A stretch of 39,308 nucleotides of DNA, taken from positions 1-39,308 of IMG/VR virus record IMGVR_UViG_2541047861_000010. One strand, given 5' to 3'. The DNA comes from a virus. Its lineage: Duplodnaviria > Heunggongvirae > Uroviricota > Caudoviricetes. A model generated the notes under the pieces. It did not search any database, was not told the origin of the DNA, and worked only from the letters and a program-made list of their open reading frames with translations. Made by a program: the position numbers and the translations under genes. Positions 18,730 through 27,832 of the stretch are shown here, one piece after another; within the stretch, counting starts at the first letter, position 1, and each line of letters begins with the position of its first letter.

Positions 18730-19473
18730 ATGGATAAATATCAAATCTGGGAAAAACAAAAAGACACCATCGCCCATAAAGAATATTTAAAAATTTCCGA
18801 CACCAATTTACTTGGACATATACACATTGCCAATTATGAGGTGATTCAAAGTGAATTAAGCAAATTCAACTCTCCTGAAATTGTACTCCACTACTCACTT
18901 AATAGAAATGAATTAAAAAAAGAGAGCATAAATATATCAAGACATTTTCTCAACTATATCTCCTCAGCATTATCACTTAGAGATTCAACTCGAAATCTAC
19001 ATAAAATTAATGTGTTAAATATTGATAACATTACCAATAAATCCAGAGAAATCATCAATGAAGAATTTTTAAAAAATCCAATCATCAAATTAATGGAGGA
19101 TTTAAGAAACATCCTAACCCATCAAAAAATGATCTCCCCATTAATATCATCATTTATGCACCTCCAGAAAAAAATAAACATACACGGATTTGCATTTAAG
19201 ATTGAAACCATACTGGAGAATGACCGACTTTCTGGTAAATCAAAAGAATACCTGAAGTCAACAGAACAAAAAAATTTATTCATCTTGCCGATAATAGAGG
19301 AATACCAATACACAACTCTTAAATACCAGCACTGGCTTTTAGCTTGTATCCACAATGCTCATCAAAATACATACCCAGAATACTGGGAAGCAAGAAAAAA
19401 CATAATGGACGTCTGGGGTGGAGATATCCAACTAATACCTGAAGAGAGTGCCCTCACTTATTTGACCAGATAA
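18730..19473 (+). CDS. Hypothetical protein (247 aa), AT-rich moron at the P2 orf30 position between V and S
   Basis: ATG at 18730 with AAGGAG 10 nt upstream; hand-counted GC of a 60-nt sample is about 22 percent; opposite strand to all flanking tail genes. No recognisable domain. Confidence 0.7.
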   Translation: MDKYQIWEKQKDTIAHKEYLKISDTNLLGHIHIANYEVIQSELSKFNSPEIVLHYSLNRNELKKESINISRHFLNYISSALSLRDSTRNLHKINVLNIDNITNKSREIINEEFLKNPIIKLMEDLRNILTHQKMISPLISSFMHLQKKINIHGFAFKIETILENDRLSGKSKEYLKSTEQKNLFILPIIEEYQYTTLKYQHWLLACIHNAHQNTYPEYWEARKNIMDVWGGDIQLIPEESALTYLTR

Positions 19474-19506
19474 CAATCTAATTAGCTCACAAACATAAGA
19501 CACCTT

Positions 19507-19529
19507 GGCCACGATATTTTATCGTGGCC
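19507..19529 (+). terminator. Possible terminator hairpin after the moron
   Basis: Hairpin GGCCACGAT-ATTTTA-ATCGTGGCC; the downstream T-tract is weak (TTATAT). Confidence 0.35.
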
Positions 19530-19686
19530 TTATATGATAAAGCGACTACCTTCTATGAGCCCTTATAACTCTCATCCACTGCACATTTTCAAGTTACAAT
19601 TAAAGTTCATTTAGTTGAAATATAAAAAGGATGCCGTAAGAGGATAATGGCGATATTTCATCAATAAGGCGCAAGAAATGGCACAA

Positions 19687-20139
19687 CTAACGGTCGAGGT
19701 GAGCCAGAATAATCTCTTCAATCATCTGCACATCCTCACCGGTAAAGCCGAGCAGGGGACGCGCCGGATAATCAATTTTCTTACCGTCTTTCCGGGTTTC
19801 TTCCGACAGACCGAACTGATGCACACTGGCGATTTTCGGTGACTTCCCGCCGTAAAACTCCATTGATGCCTGCTCCGGGCTGGCGCGGATATGCAAAAAA
19901 CGACTGGTGATAAGTTTCGCAAACATTTTTCGCTTAACACGACCGGTCTTTTTTCTGGCGCTCTGCTGCTGGCGTGGCGCGTAGGGTGTGCCGTCCGGGG
20001 CTTTCTGTGCCATCACCCGACGCTGCTGACTCTGCCGCAGACGTTTCGCCAGTTCGGCACTCAGTCGCCGACGCCCTGACGGTGACAGCGATTCAATCAG
20101 TCCGGTCAGCCGGTCTTCAAAACGCTTAAACTCATTCAT
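19687..20139 (-). CDS. S: Tail completion protein gpS (150 aa)
   Basis: Length and synteny match P2 S. Confidence 0.9.
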   Translation of the reverse strand: MNEFKRFEDRLTGLIESLSPSGRRRLSAELAKRLRQSQQRRVMAQKAPDGTPYAPRQQQSARKKTGRVKRKMFAKLITSRFLHIRASPEQASMEFYGGKSPKIASVHQFGLSEETRKDGKKIDYPARPLLGFTGEDVQMIEEIILAHLDR

Positions 20140-20599
20140 CCCACTTGCTCACCAGTTCGCCATTGATATACAGCTCCATCGGGCGGGTAACCGGCTCCGG
20201 CGGCGGGGGTTCCGGGATATTCTTCACATGCAGTGCGCCGTCCACCTCACTGACCAGTGCGCGCTCGGTCAGCATCAGGCTGATGCTGATATCAAAACTG
20301 CTGTCATTGTTGATGTCTGCATAAAACGTGAAGCCCTTTTTCTGGCCTGCGTCGGTGGTCATGATGTCGGGCTGATTTTCCCGCAGCCACGCCAGCACCG
20401 GCACGATGAGCAGGTCAAAATCACCGGTAAAGTCGGTCACAATGACATTGAGCGTGTAACGCTTTTCGAATGACAGCGACGTCGCCAGTGTGGAGGCAAT
20501 ACTCCCGTTATCCACGAATATCCGCAGCATATCGGGGTTAGTTTTCAGCACCGTGACGGCATCAGTCAGCGCCCTGCGCAGGCTGTCGGGTTTGAGCAT
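20132..20599 (-). CDS. R: Tail completion protein gpR (155 aa)
   Basis: Length and synteny match P2 R. Confidence 0.9.
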   Translation of the reverse strand: MLKPDSLRRALTDAVTVLKTNPDMLRIFVDNGSIASTLATSLSFEKRYTLNVIVTDFTGDFDLLIVPVLAWLRENQPDIMTTDAGQKKGFTFYADINNDSSFDISISLMLTERALVSEVDGALHVKNIPEPPPPEPVTRPMELYINGELVSKWDE

Positions 20600-20852
20600 C
20601 GTTTTCGTCCTGACAGTGTTTAATCATTTTTATCTGGCTGGCACACCGTGCCAGCGCGTTCTCAAGCTGCCGGATATCGGCACTTAAATCGCCGTTCGTC
20701 TGCGGGTCACTGCCCGGCATCGGGCAAAGACTCACTTTCGGGCAGGCGTTGGGGACAATCACTGGCGTCAGTGCAGGCGGGGCGCTGGTGCAACCGGCGC
20801 ACAGCATCAGGCAGGTCAGCACCGTACCAGCGGCGAAAATCTTCGTTTTCAT
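20562..20852 (-). CDS. lysC: LysC, o-spanin-like lipoprotein (Rz1 equivalent), nested out of frame in lysB
   Basis: Start at MKTKIFAAGTVLTCLMLCAGC gives a lipobox (LCAGC) signal peptide; embedded in the 3' part of lysB in another frame, as in P2. Confidence 0.75.
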   Translation of the reverse strand: MKTKIFAAGTVLTCLMLCAGCTSAPPALTPVIVPNACPKVSLCPMPGSDPQTNGDLSADIRQLENALARCASQIKMIKHCQDENDAQTRQPAQGAD

Positions 20853-21132
20853 TGAGTAACCTCGTGATGGTTTTCTCGCGCTGTGCTTCACGCTTCGCGG
20901 CGTTCTCCAGCTCCTGACGCAGTGCAACCTGCGCCAGCTCGTTTTTGTCTGCCCTGGTGAGCGCAACATGAAGCTGATTTTTCAGCATGGTGATGGTCGT
21001 CTGCTGCCCGCTGGCGACATTGTTTGCCCTGTCCAGCGAGGTGCGCAGGCTGGCGTTTTCATGCTTCACCAGAAACAGACCGGCCACCGCCAGTGATAAC
21101 AACACAACCAGCACAGTCATCAGCTTTGACAT
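20707..21132 (-). CDS. lysB: LysB, i-spanin-like lysis protein (141 aa)
   Basis: N-terminal TM helix then coiled-coil region; P2 LysB length and position. Confidence 0.85.
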   Translation of the reverse strand: MSKLMTVLVVLLSLAVAGLFLVKHENASLRTSLDRANNVASGQQTTITMLKNQLHVALTRADKNELAQVALRQELENAAKREAQREKTITRLLNENEDFRRWYGADLPDAVRRLHQRPACTDASDCPQRLPESESLPDAGQ

Positions 21133-21545
21133 GGTTCCCGCCCCTCAAAACGCTGACGGCAGGCCGTACGTATCAGCCGGAAGAACACCGACGCCACGAG
21201 GTAAATCAGCGCAGTAAAAATCCACCCGGCAGCGACCAGCGAGATAAACGTCGCCACCATCACTACCAGAGCCACCGCCCGTCTGCGCCACGGCACCGGC
21301 TGCAAAAACAGCGACGTGACAATCTTCACGGCCAGCGATTCCGGCGGCAGCCCCCGCCCGTGGCGTTCCAGTACATACTCTGTGGCATACACGCCGACAC
21401 CGCCGGCAACCACACAGATAACCGTCGCCAGAATCGCCCAGGCGGCGACAAAATTGACGGCCACGCTCTGCGGGTAAATCAGGGACAGTGCCAGCATCAG
21501 CGCCAGCGACACGTTCAGCATCAGTGAAAGGGATAATTTCTTCAT
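21120..21545 (-). CDS. lysA: LysA lysis-timing membrane protein (141 aa)
   Basis: Multi-pass hydrophobic protein of P2 LysA length between K and lysB. Confidence 0.85.
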   Translation of the reverse strand: MKKLSLSLMLNVSLALMLALSLIYPQSVAVNFVAAWAILATVICVVAGGVGVYATEYVLERHGRGLPPESLAVKIVTSLFLQPVPWRRRAVALVVMVATFISLVAAGWIFTALIYLVASVFFRLIRTACRQRFEGREPCQS

Positions 21546-21559
21546 GGTGTTTACTCCGT

Positions 21560-22057
21560 TTAAGCCGGTACGCCGCCAGCGGTACGCCAGACGGTGACCA
21601 GTTTTTCCAGTGAATGCTCACGCTGACCGTAACCGGCTCCCGGCAGGGACGCCCAGATATTGCGACAGCGTGAAATGGCGCGCTCAATGCGTCCCGCCCG
21701 GATGTCATCCAGTGCACCGCGTTCGCGGATCAACTGAATGGCGAGTCTGTCCTGTGACAACGGACTGAAATCCGGCAGGGCAAGCTGTTTGCGGTAATGC
21801 GGCCAGAACAGGTAAAGCTGCTGATAGCGACCGGAGGCCGTGGATTTTTCACCGCGACGGTTAAACACCTTCGCCGGTCGGCCATGCGCGAACGGGTGGT
21901 CACTGTAGTCGGTGAAAATTTCCGGCTTTCCGTCCACTCCGGTGACTATCACGTCATAGCCCCGGTTTTTCGTCAGCGGATGGTTCGCCGTCCCTTCGGA
22001 CACGGCCAGCATGTCGAGAAAGGCCGCGATATTCTGATGCGTGTTAATTACCGGCAT
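21560..22057 (-). CDS. K: Endolysin gpK (165 aa)
   Basis: 165 aa beginning MPVINTHQNIAAFLDMLAVSEGT, a lambda R-like transglycosylase signature; P2 K position. Confidence 0.9.
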   Translation of the reverse strand: MPVINTHQNIAAFLDMLAVSEGTANHPLTKNRGYDVIVTGVDGKPEIFTDYSDHPFAHGRPAKVFNRRGEKSTASGRYQQLYLFWPHYRKQLALPDFSPLSQDRLAIQLIRERGALDDIRAGRIERAISRCRNIWASLPGAGYGQREHSLEKLVTVWRTAGGVPA

Positions 22058-22338
22058 TACGGTTTCCCCCTGCCCTTAAAACGGCGCTGAATGGCAATCT
22101 CAATCACCTGATAACCGGCGATACCCAGCATGGAGCCGATGCCGCACACCGCAGGCAGTGACAGGTCAGGAAACTGCACCAGAACAACACCGGCAACCAT
22201 CGAGACAAAACCACCGAGCAACATGCGCCCGATAAACAGACGCGGGGTGATGGGTTCACCACCGGCAAGCACCTTGCCGACAACAATCAGCACCCCAATC
22301 ATGAAAAGCGACAGGACGCTTTTTTCTTCTGCTGTCAT
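22057..22338 (-). CDS. Y: Holin gpY (93 aa)
   Basis: Small protein with multiple TM segments and charged C-terminus; P2 Y length and position. Confidence 0.9.
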   Translation of the reverse strand: MTAEEKSVLSLFMIGVLIVVGKVLAGGEPITPRLFIGRMLLGGFVSMVAGVVLVQFPDLSLPAVCGIGSMLGIAGYQVIEIAIQRRFKGRGKP

Positions 22339-22341
22339 GCG

Positions 22342-22545
22342 TTACTCCCACAGATTGACAGTTTCAGCCACGGGCGCGGTCTGAACGTCGGGCAGTTCGA
22401 CGGCGGTGCCGTGCGGCAGCACCGCACCCAGTTCAGCCAGTCCCGGATTTGCGGCGAGCACAGTCTCGACCACGCCCTCAGTGCGCCCGTAATACCGGAC
22501 ACAAATGGCGTCGAGCGTGTCGCCCTGTAGCGCAAAGGTCTTCAT
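22342..22545 (-). CDS. X: Tail protein gpX (67 aa)
   Basis: Start at MKTFALQGDTLDAICVRYYGRTEG; start overlaps the L stop (TGATG). Confidence 0.85.
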   Translation of the reverse strand: MKTFALQGDTLDAICVRYYGRTEGVVETVLAANPGLAELGAVLPHGTAVELPDVQTAPVAETVNLWE

Positions 22546-23054
22546 CAGATTTGACTCACGATGCAGCGTGGCTTGTCCTGGATGCGCGCCACTGCCCAGC
22601 GCATATCCCGCCACAGTTCATCAATGGTGCTGTCAATGCTGTCGGCCTTCTTGTCGCCTTTCGCACTGGCATCCACGCCGCGATAACGCTCATAAAGCGA
22701 CGCGGTCGCCATCGCACACACGGCGCGCTCGTAGTAAAAAACTTTGATACTTTCACCGTCGATGTCGTCCGCCGGAACGTCCGCCAGACGCGTAAAACCG
22801 GCGGCAATTTTCTGTTCGCGGTACTCGTACAGCTCCGCATTTGTTTCCGCCATGCCTGACTTGATGGCCTCACGCAGACGGGCGGGGGCGACGGTCTGCT
22901 CAAGGCGCATACGTTCCCGGACGCGCTTCGGGTCGATATCGGGAAAAAAGAACGTGTTTTTAATCACCGGCTCGTCGCCTGCCGGTTGCGGGATGACCAC
23001 CGTACCCTCACCGGACACGGGAGCCTCCTTTCGCGGAATAATCAGCGTCATCAT
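22545..23054 (-). CDS. L: Head completion protein gpL (169 aa)
   Basis: Start at MMTLIIPRKEAP with GAGG 7 nt upstream; matches P2 L. Confidence 0.85.
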   Translation of the reverse strand: MMTLIIPRKEAPVSGEGTVVIPQPAGDEPVIKNTFFFPDIDPKRVRERMRLEQTVAPARLREAIKSGMAETNAELYEYREQKIAAGFTRLADVPADDIDGESIKVFYYERAVCAMATASLYERYRGVDASAKGDKKADSIDSTIDELWRDMRWAVARIQDKPRCIVSQI

Positions 23055-23153
23055 GACTACCTCTGAAAAGTCGGGCGGTGGACGCCGGTGCAGTGTCAGG
23101 TGATTCACCCTCACTGACCGGCGTGCCGCCCTGGCGCGGGGCGCATTCGGTTG

Positions 23154-23897
23154 TTAACTGGCTTTCTTTTTCGGGCGTCCACGTTTTGCCGGTGTCACGC
23201 TCCGGGTCTTACGCGGGGTACGGGTGGCCGCTTTTGGCTGCGGCTCCGGCTTCGGTTTCAGCTCCCGCTCCAGTCGTTCAATCTCTTTTTTGACGCCTGC
23301 CTGACAGTCGAGCTGTGTCGCACGTTGCAGATGCGCCAGCGCCCCTGCGGCATCACCAGCGTCACGCAGAAACAGACCGGTGATTTTGTGCAGCTTTGCG
23401 CGCACTTCATCAGGCATGTCAGCTGTGGCGGTCAGTTCAAGGGTGTCCGTCAGCAGGCGGGGATCCACAGACTCACCGGCAGCGTGGGCGCGCATGGCCG
23501 CGAGCGCGACCTCCTCGGTGAACATGTACGGCGGGGTACGGCGGTGTTTACCCGGCATGGTCAGACCGTACTTCAGGGCATAACGGACAATCTCCAGCGC
23601 ACCGGCAATATCGCCGGTATCCAGACGCCACAGCATGACCGTCATCAGAATGTCATCCTGTGCGCCTTTGCCCTGCTCCAGCACGCCGTTCACCCACGGC
23701 AACCAGAACGGCAGCAGTTCGCGCTTTTTCGCGGCCTTCAGCTCTTTTGAATAAATCGCTTTCAGTGTGCGCTGGTCTGCGGCCAGCTTGACCAGCATCT
23801 GCTCATAGACAGTTGCATGTCGCAGCGGGGCGGCTTCCCGCTGCGCGGTCATCGCTGCCGAGACCCGCATCATGTGGCGCTGTGCGGGACTCGTCAT
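23154..23897 (-). CDS. M: Terminase small subunit gpM (247 aa)
   Basis: 247 aa with a basic C-terminal tail; P2 M position. Confidence 0.9.
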   Translation of the reverse strand: MTSPAQRHMMRVSAAMTAQREAAPLRHATVYEQMLVKLAADQRTLKAIYSKELKAAKKRELLPFWLPWVNGVLEQGKGAQDDILMTVMLWRLDTGDIAGALEIVRYALKYGLTMPGKHRRTPPYMFTEEVALAAMRAHAAGESVDPRLLTDTLELTATADMPDEVRAKLHKITGLFLRDAGDAAGALAHLQRATQLDCQAGVKKEIERLERELKPKPEPQPKAATRTPRKTRSVTPAKRGRPKKKAS

Positions 23898-23900
23898 CGG

Positions 23901-24974
23901 TTACGCTCCCGGCTCTGCGGTCGCCTTAGCCGGTGTGGAGAAGTCACCGACCTTAATTTTTTCCACCAGACAACCGGCGGCGTAGTCTTCCACCACGTAA
24001 TCAATGTTCATTGACTCGTAGTTCTCCACGCGATCAAGTTTCGGGTTTTCCTCAATCACGCGGCGATGGCTGTCATCCATGTAGTAGATGGACAGGTTTT
24101 CCAGCTTCGTGATGAGCATCGCATCCGCCGGGAAGTACGGAACACGTACCGCCGGCAGATTACCGATGCGTTTCTGGCTGATGATGACGTCAGCGGCCAG
24201 CATTTCGCTGTTGTCCTGCTCCTTGTTGACGATGGGGAAATACTTGTCTGCCAGTAGCTGACGTCCCACAATCACCACAAGGTCAGGGTCTTCCTGATAC
24301 CACGGCTCAATCAGGTTGTTGGTCGCATCCATCACCAGTGCATCAAGGCTGGCATAATCACCGCCCTTGCCCACGCGGATAACCTCAGAGGTGGTGTGGC
24401 CTTCCTCGTCAGTGACCTTGCTCATCACGCGCGCCGGGGCTTCATTGCGGTATTTCTGCAGCCAGCCGACCGCCACATCCTGCAACATCGGATTGCTGCT
24501 GCGGTCAGAGGTTTCGGCACGCTTCACGCCGTTAAAACCGGCCATGATTAAATCAAGGGACTGGCGTTTGATAATGGCGTTACGGACACGGAGCTGGAAA
24601 TCCTGATAACGCGCCCACAGGTCAAGCGTTTTGTAGCGGATATAAAAATCGAAGTTAATCTGGTCGCATTCGTACTTGTTTGACGCCAGCTTCGAGAAGT
24701 CCTTCGGCTGACGCTCGGTGCCACCGGCGGTGTCGGTGGTGCTGGCGATGGAGCCGGTGACACCAATACCAATTTTTTCCCCTTTCATTTCGCTGACCGG
24801 CACAATGTTGATGCGGGTCAGAAAGTCAGAGGACTCCTGCATGGTGTTCATCAGGGTCTGGGTGACCGACGGTTCAACGGTGAATTTTTTCGACACATCA
24901 CCGGCGTCGATGCCGTTCAGTTCGGCAACACGGGACAGGTAGGCATTAAATTTAAAGCGGGTTTCCTGGCGCAT
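23901..24974 (-). CDS. N: Major capsid protein gpN (357 aa)
   Basis: 357 aa; P2 N length and position between O and M. Confidence 0.9.
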   Translation of the reverse strand: MRQETRFKFNAYLSRVAELNGIDAGDVSKKFTVEPSVTQTLMNTMQESSDFLTRINIVPVSEMKGEKIGIGVTGSIASTTDTAGGTERQPKDFSKLASNKYECDQINFDFYIRYKTLDLWARYQDFQLRVRNAIIKRQSLDLIMAGFNGVKRAETSDRSSNPMLQDVAVGWLQKYRNEAPARVMSKVTDEEGHTTSEVIRVGKGGDYASLDALVMDATNNLIEPWYQEDPDLVVIVGRQLLADKYFPIVNKEQDNSEMLAADVIISQKRIGNLPAVRVPYFPADAMLITKLENLSIYYMDDSHRRVIEENPKLDRVENYESMNIDYVVEDYAAGCLVEKIKVGDFSTPAKATAEPGA

Positions 24975-25031
24975 AGTTTTTCCTGAAATTAAGGGTTAAT
25001 CGTGAAGGTTTTCCCGGATGACTGATGCCGG

Positions 25032-25886
25032 TCAGCAGTTCGTCATCAGGGCGTCACCGCCACCGCCGGTGGCCTTGCTGCGGCGCTGCTGGGTCAGACT
25101 TTCGGTGTGGTCGAGACTGTTTTTCAGGCGGGTGAATGCCTGACTGGTTTCATCCGCCCTGTCAGTCACCTCCTGCTTAAGTGCGGAAAAGGCGGTTTCC
25201 ATCTCTGCGAGGCGCTGCTCAGTGGCGCTCAGTTTTTCCTGCACATGTTCAGCAACAGCGGTCACCGCTTCATGCACATCATTCAGGCGGGCGTCATCGC
25301 TGGCCTGTTTGCGGCCAAAAATGGATTTCACCTTTTCGGTCAGGGCGGTGAACACGGTTTCAGGCAGGTCTTCAAATTCCAGCTCAACAGGCGTTGCCAC
25401 TGAAATCAGGTTTTCAGGGCTTAATTTGAAGCGGTTCAGGGGGTTGTGTTTTGCCGTGCGGCAGAATTCCAGGTATTCCGTGCCGAGGCTTGCCGGGTCA
25501 TCGGTGACGGCCAGACCCACCAGATAACATTTGCCGGTGTTGGCAAAATTCGGCTGAATTTCCATTGAGGTATAGACCTTCTGCGCGGCCTTGTTCATCG
25601 CGATAAGGTCATCGGTCGGGGTGATTTTCGCAAACAGCGCCCATTTGCCTTTCAGCGCCGAATCGTCGTCAATCTTTTCGGCCTTCAGTTCGACCACATC
25701 GCCATAACGCTTAAAAATACCGTCAGGCAGGATGCCGCGCAGATGTTCCAGGTTAATGCGGCAACCATAGACTCGCGGGTCAAAGGTTTCGGCCATTTCC
25801 TGAATATCCTGCGCACTGATGACACGCCCGTCACAGGTGTCACCCTCAACACCGATACGAAAGAATTTTGAGACTTTTTTTGCCAT
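25032..25886 (-). CDS. O: Capsid scaffolding protein gpO (284 aa)
   Basis: Start set at MAKKVSKFFRIGVEGDTCDGR to match the P2 O N-terminus. Confidence 0.85.
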   Translation of the reverse strand: MAKKVSKFFRIGVEGDTCDGRVISAQDIQEMAETFDPRVYGCRINLEHLRGILPDGIFKRYGDVVELKAEKIDDDSALKGKWALFAKITPTDDLIAMNKAAQKVYTSMEIQPNFANTGKCYLVGLAVTDDPASLGTEYLEFCRTAKHNPLNRFKLSPENLISVATPVELEFEDLPETVFTALTEKVKSIFGRKQASDDARLNDVHEAVTAVAEHVQEKLSATEQRLAEMETAFSALKQEVTDRADETSQAFTRLKNSLDHTESLTQQRRSKATGGGGDALMTNC

Positions 25887-26059
25887 TGTCAGGAGTCCTG
25901 AATAGTGATTAGAGGAGTCAAATGTCGGCATCAGTTTCCCGACGATGCGCATCCTCCGCCATCAGTCCCGGATGGCTTATCACTGACACAACAGCACCTT
26001 AGCGAATCGCGGGGCGCGACTCAGTAGCCTTGCCGTGTATTCATCACGGCGAGGTATTC
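25887..26059. promoter_or_regulatory. Divergent late-promoter region for the O-side and P-Q operons
   Basis: Intergenic region between divergently oriented O and P, where P2 late promoters lie. No perfect TGT-N12-ACA dyad found; an inverted repeat CCGTG-N7-CACGG is present at 26033-26049. Confidence 0.4.
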
Positions 26060-27832
26060 ATGACCATCACCACAGACACCACTCTTTTACACGACCCGCG
26101 TCGTCAGGCGGCGCTGCTGTACTGGCAGGGATTTTCCGTGCCGCAGATTGCCGCCATGTTGCAGATGAAACGCCCGACGGTGCAGAGCTGGAAACAGCGC
26201 GACGGCTGGGACAGTGTTGCCCCCATCAGCCGTGTCGAAATGAGTCTGGAAGCGCGGCTGACCCAGCTCATCATCAAACCGCAGAAAACCGGCGGTGACT
26301 TCAAGGAAATTGACCTGCTCGGACGCCAGATTGAACGACTGGCACGGGTAAACCGCTACAGCCAGACCGGCAACGAGGCAGACCTTAATCCGAACATCGC
26401 TAACCGCAACAAAGGCGGGCGTCGCAAACCGAAAAAGAATTTTTTCAGTGACGAGGCCATCGAAAAGCTGGAGCAGATTTTCTTTGAGCAGTCTTTCGAA
26501 TATCAGTTGCACTGGTATCGCGCCGGGCTTGAGCACCGCATCCGCGATATCCTGAAATCCCGCCAGATTGGCGCGACGTTTTATTTTTCCCGCGAGGCGC
26601 TGCTGCGCGCCCTGAAAACCGGTCATAACCAGATTTTTCTGTCGGCCAGTAAAACGCAGGCGTATGTGTTCCGCGAATACATCATCGCCTTTGCCCGGCT
26701 GGTTGACGTTGACCTGACCGGTGACCCGATTGTCCTGGGCAATAACGGCGCAAAACTGATTTTTCTCGGCACCAACTCCAACACCGCACAGAGCCATAAC
26801 GGCGACCTGTACGTCGATGAGATTTTCTGGATCCCGAATTTTCAGGTACTGCGTAAGGTGGCATCAGGTATGGCCTCACAGAGTCACCTGCGCTCGACCT
26901 ATTTCTCCACCCCGTCCACGCTGGCGCACGACGCCTACCCGTTCTGGTCGGGTGAACTGTTCAACCGGGGACGCGCCAGCGCCGCCGAACGCGTGGAAAT
27001 CGACGTCAGTCATAACGCCCTTGCCGGTGGGCTTCTCTGTGCGGACGGCCAGTGGCGGCAGATTGTCACCATTGAGGACGCGCTGAAAGGCGGCTGCACA
27101 TTGTTCGACATTGAGCAGCTTAAACGTGAAAACAGCGCCGACGATTTTAAAAACCTGTTCATGTGTGAATTTGTTGACGACAAGGCGTCGGTGTTCCCGT
27201 TCGAGGAGCTGCAACGCTGCATGGTCGACACGCTGGAAGAATGGGAAGACTATGCGCCGTTTGCCGCGAATCCGTTCGGCTCCCGCCCGGTATGGATTGG
27301 TTACGACCCGTCACACCGTGGCGACAGTGCCGGATGCGTGGTGCTGGCACCGCCGGTGGTGGCCGGTGGCAAATTCAGAATACTTGAGCGTCACCAGTGG
27401 AAAGGCATGGACTTTGCCACTCAGGCTGAATCCATCCGCAAACTCACCGAAAAATACAACGTCGAATACATCGGTATTGATGCCACCGGCCTCGGTGTCG
27501 GCGTGTTCCAGCTCGTGCGCTCGTTCTATCCCGCCGCGCGCGACATCCGCTACACGCCGGAAATGAAAACCGCAATGGTGCTCAAGGCAAAAGACGTTAT
27601 CCGCCGTGGCTGTCTGGAATATGACGTCAGCGCCACCGACATCACCAGCTCGTTTATGGCTATCCGCAAGACCATGACCAGCAGCGGACGCAGTGCCACC
27701 TATGAGGCCAGCCGCAGCGAGGAAGCCAGCCACGCCGACCTCGCCTGGGCGACCATGCACGCCCTGTTAAATGAGCCACTCACCGCCGGTATCAGCACCC
27801 CGCTGACATCCACCATTCTGGAGTTTTACTGA
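26060..27832 (+). CDS. P: Terminase large subunit (ATPase/endonuclease) gpP (590 aa)
   Basis: Start at MTITTDTTLLHDPRRQAALLYWQGF (GAGG 7 nt upstream) matches P2 P; stop overlaps Q start (TGATG). Confidence 0.9.
   Translation: MTITTDTTLLHDPRRQAALLYWQGFSVPQIAAMLQMKRPTVQSWKQRDGWDSVAPISRVEMSLEARLTQLIIKPQKTGGDFKEIDLLGRQIERLARVNRYSQTGNEADLNPNIANRNKGGRRKPKKNFFSDEAIEKLEQIFFEQSFEYQLHWYRAGLEHRIRDILKSRQIGATFYFSREALLRALKTGHNQIFLSASKTQAYVFREYIIAFARLVDVDLTGDPIVLGNNGAKLIFLGTNSNTAQSHNGDLYVDEIFWIPNFQVLRKVASGMASQSHLRSTYFSTPSTLAHDAYPFWSGELFNRGRASAAERVEIDVSHNALAGGLLCADGQWRQIVTIEDALKGGCTLFDIEQLKRENSADDFKNLFMCEFVDDKASVFPFEELQRCMVDTLEEWEDYAPFAANPFGSRPVWIGYDPSHRGDSAGCVVLAPPVVAGGKFRILERHQWKGMDFATQAESIRKLTEKYNVEYIGIDATGLGVGVFQLVRSFYPAARDIRYTPEMKTAMVLKAKDVIRRGCLEYDVSATDITSSFMAIRKTMTSSGRSATYEASRSEEASHADLAWATMHALLNEPLTAGISTPLTSTILEFY

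Noticed and set aside
26087-27760. Antisense ORFs (236, 149, 112 aa) within terminase gene P
   Set aside because: Opposite strand of a strongly supported gene; no independent support.
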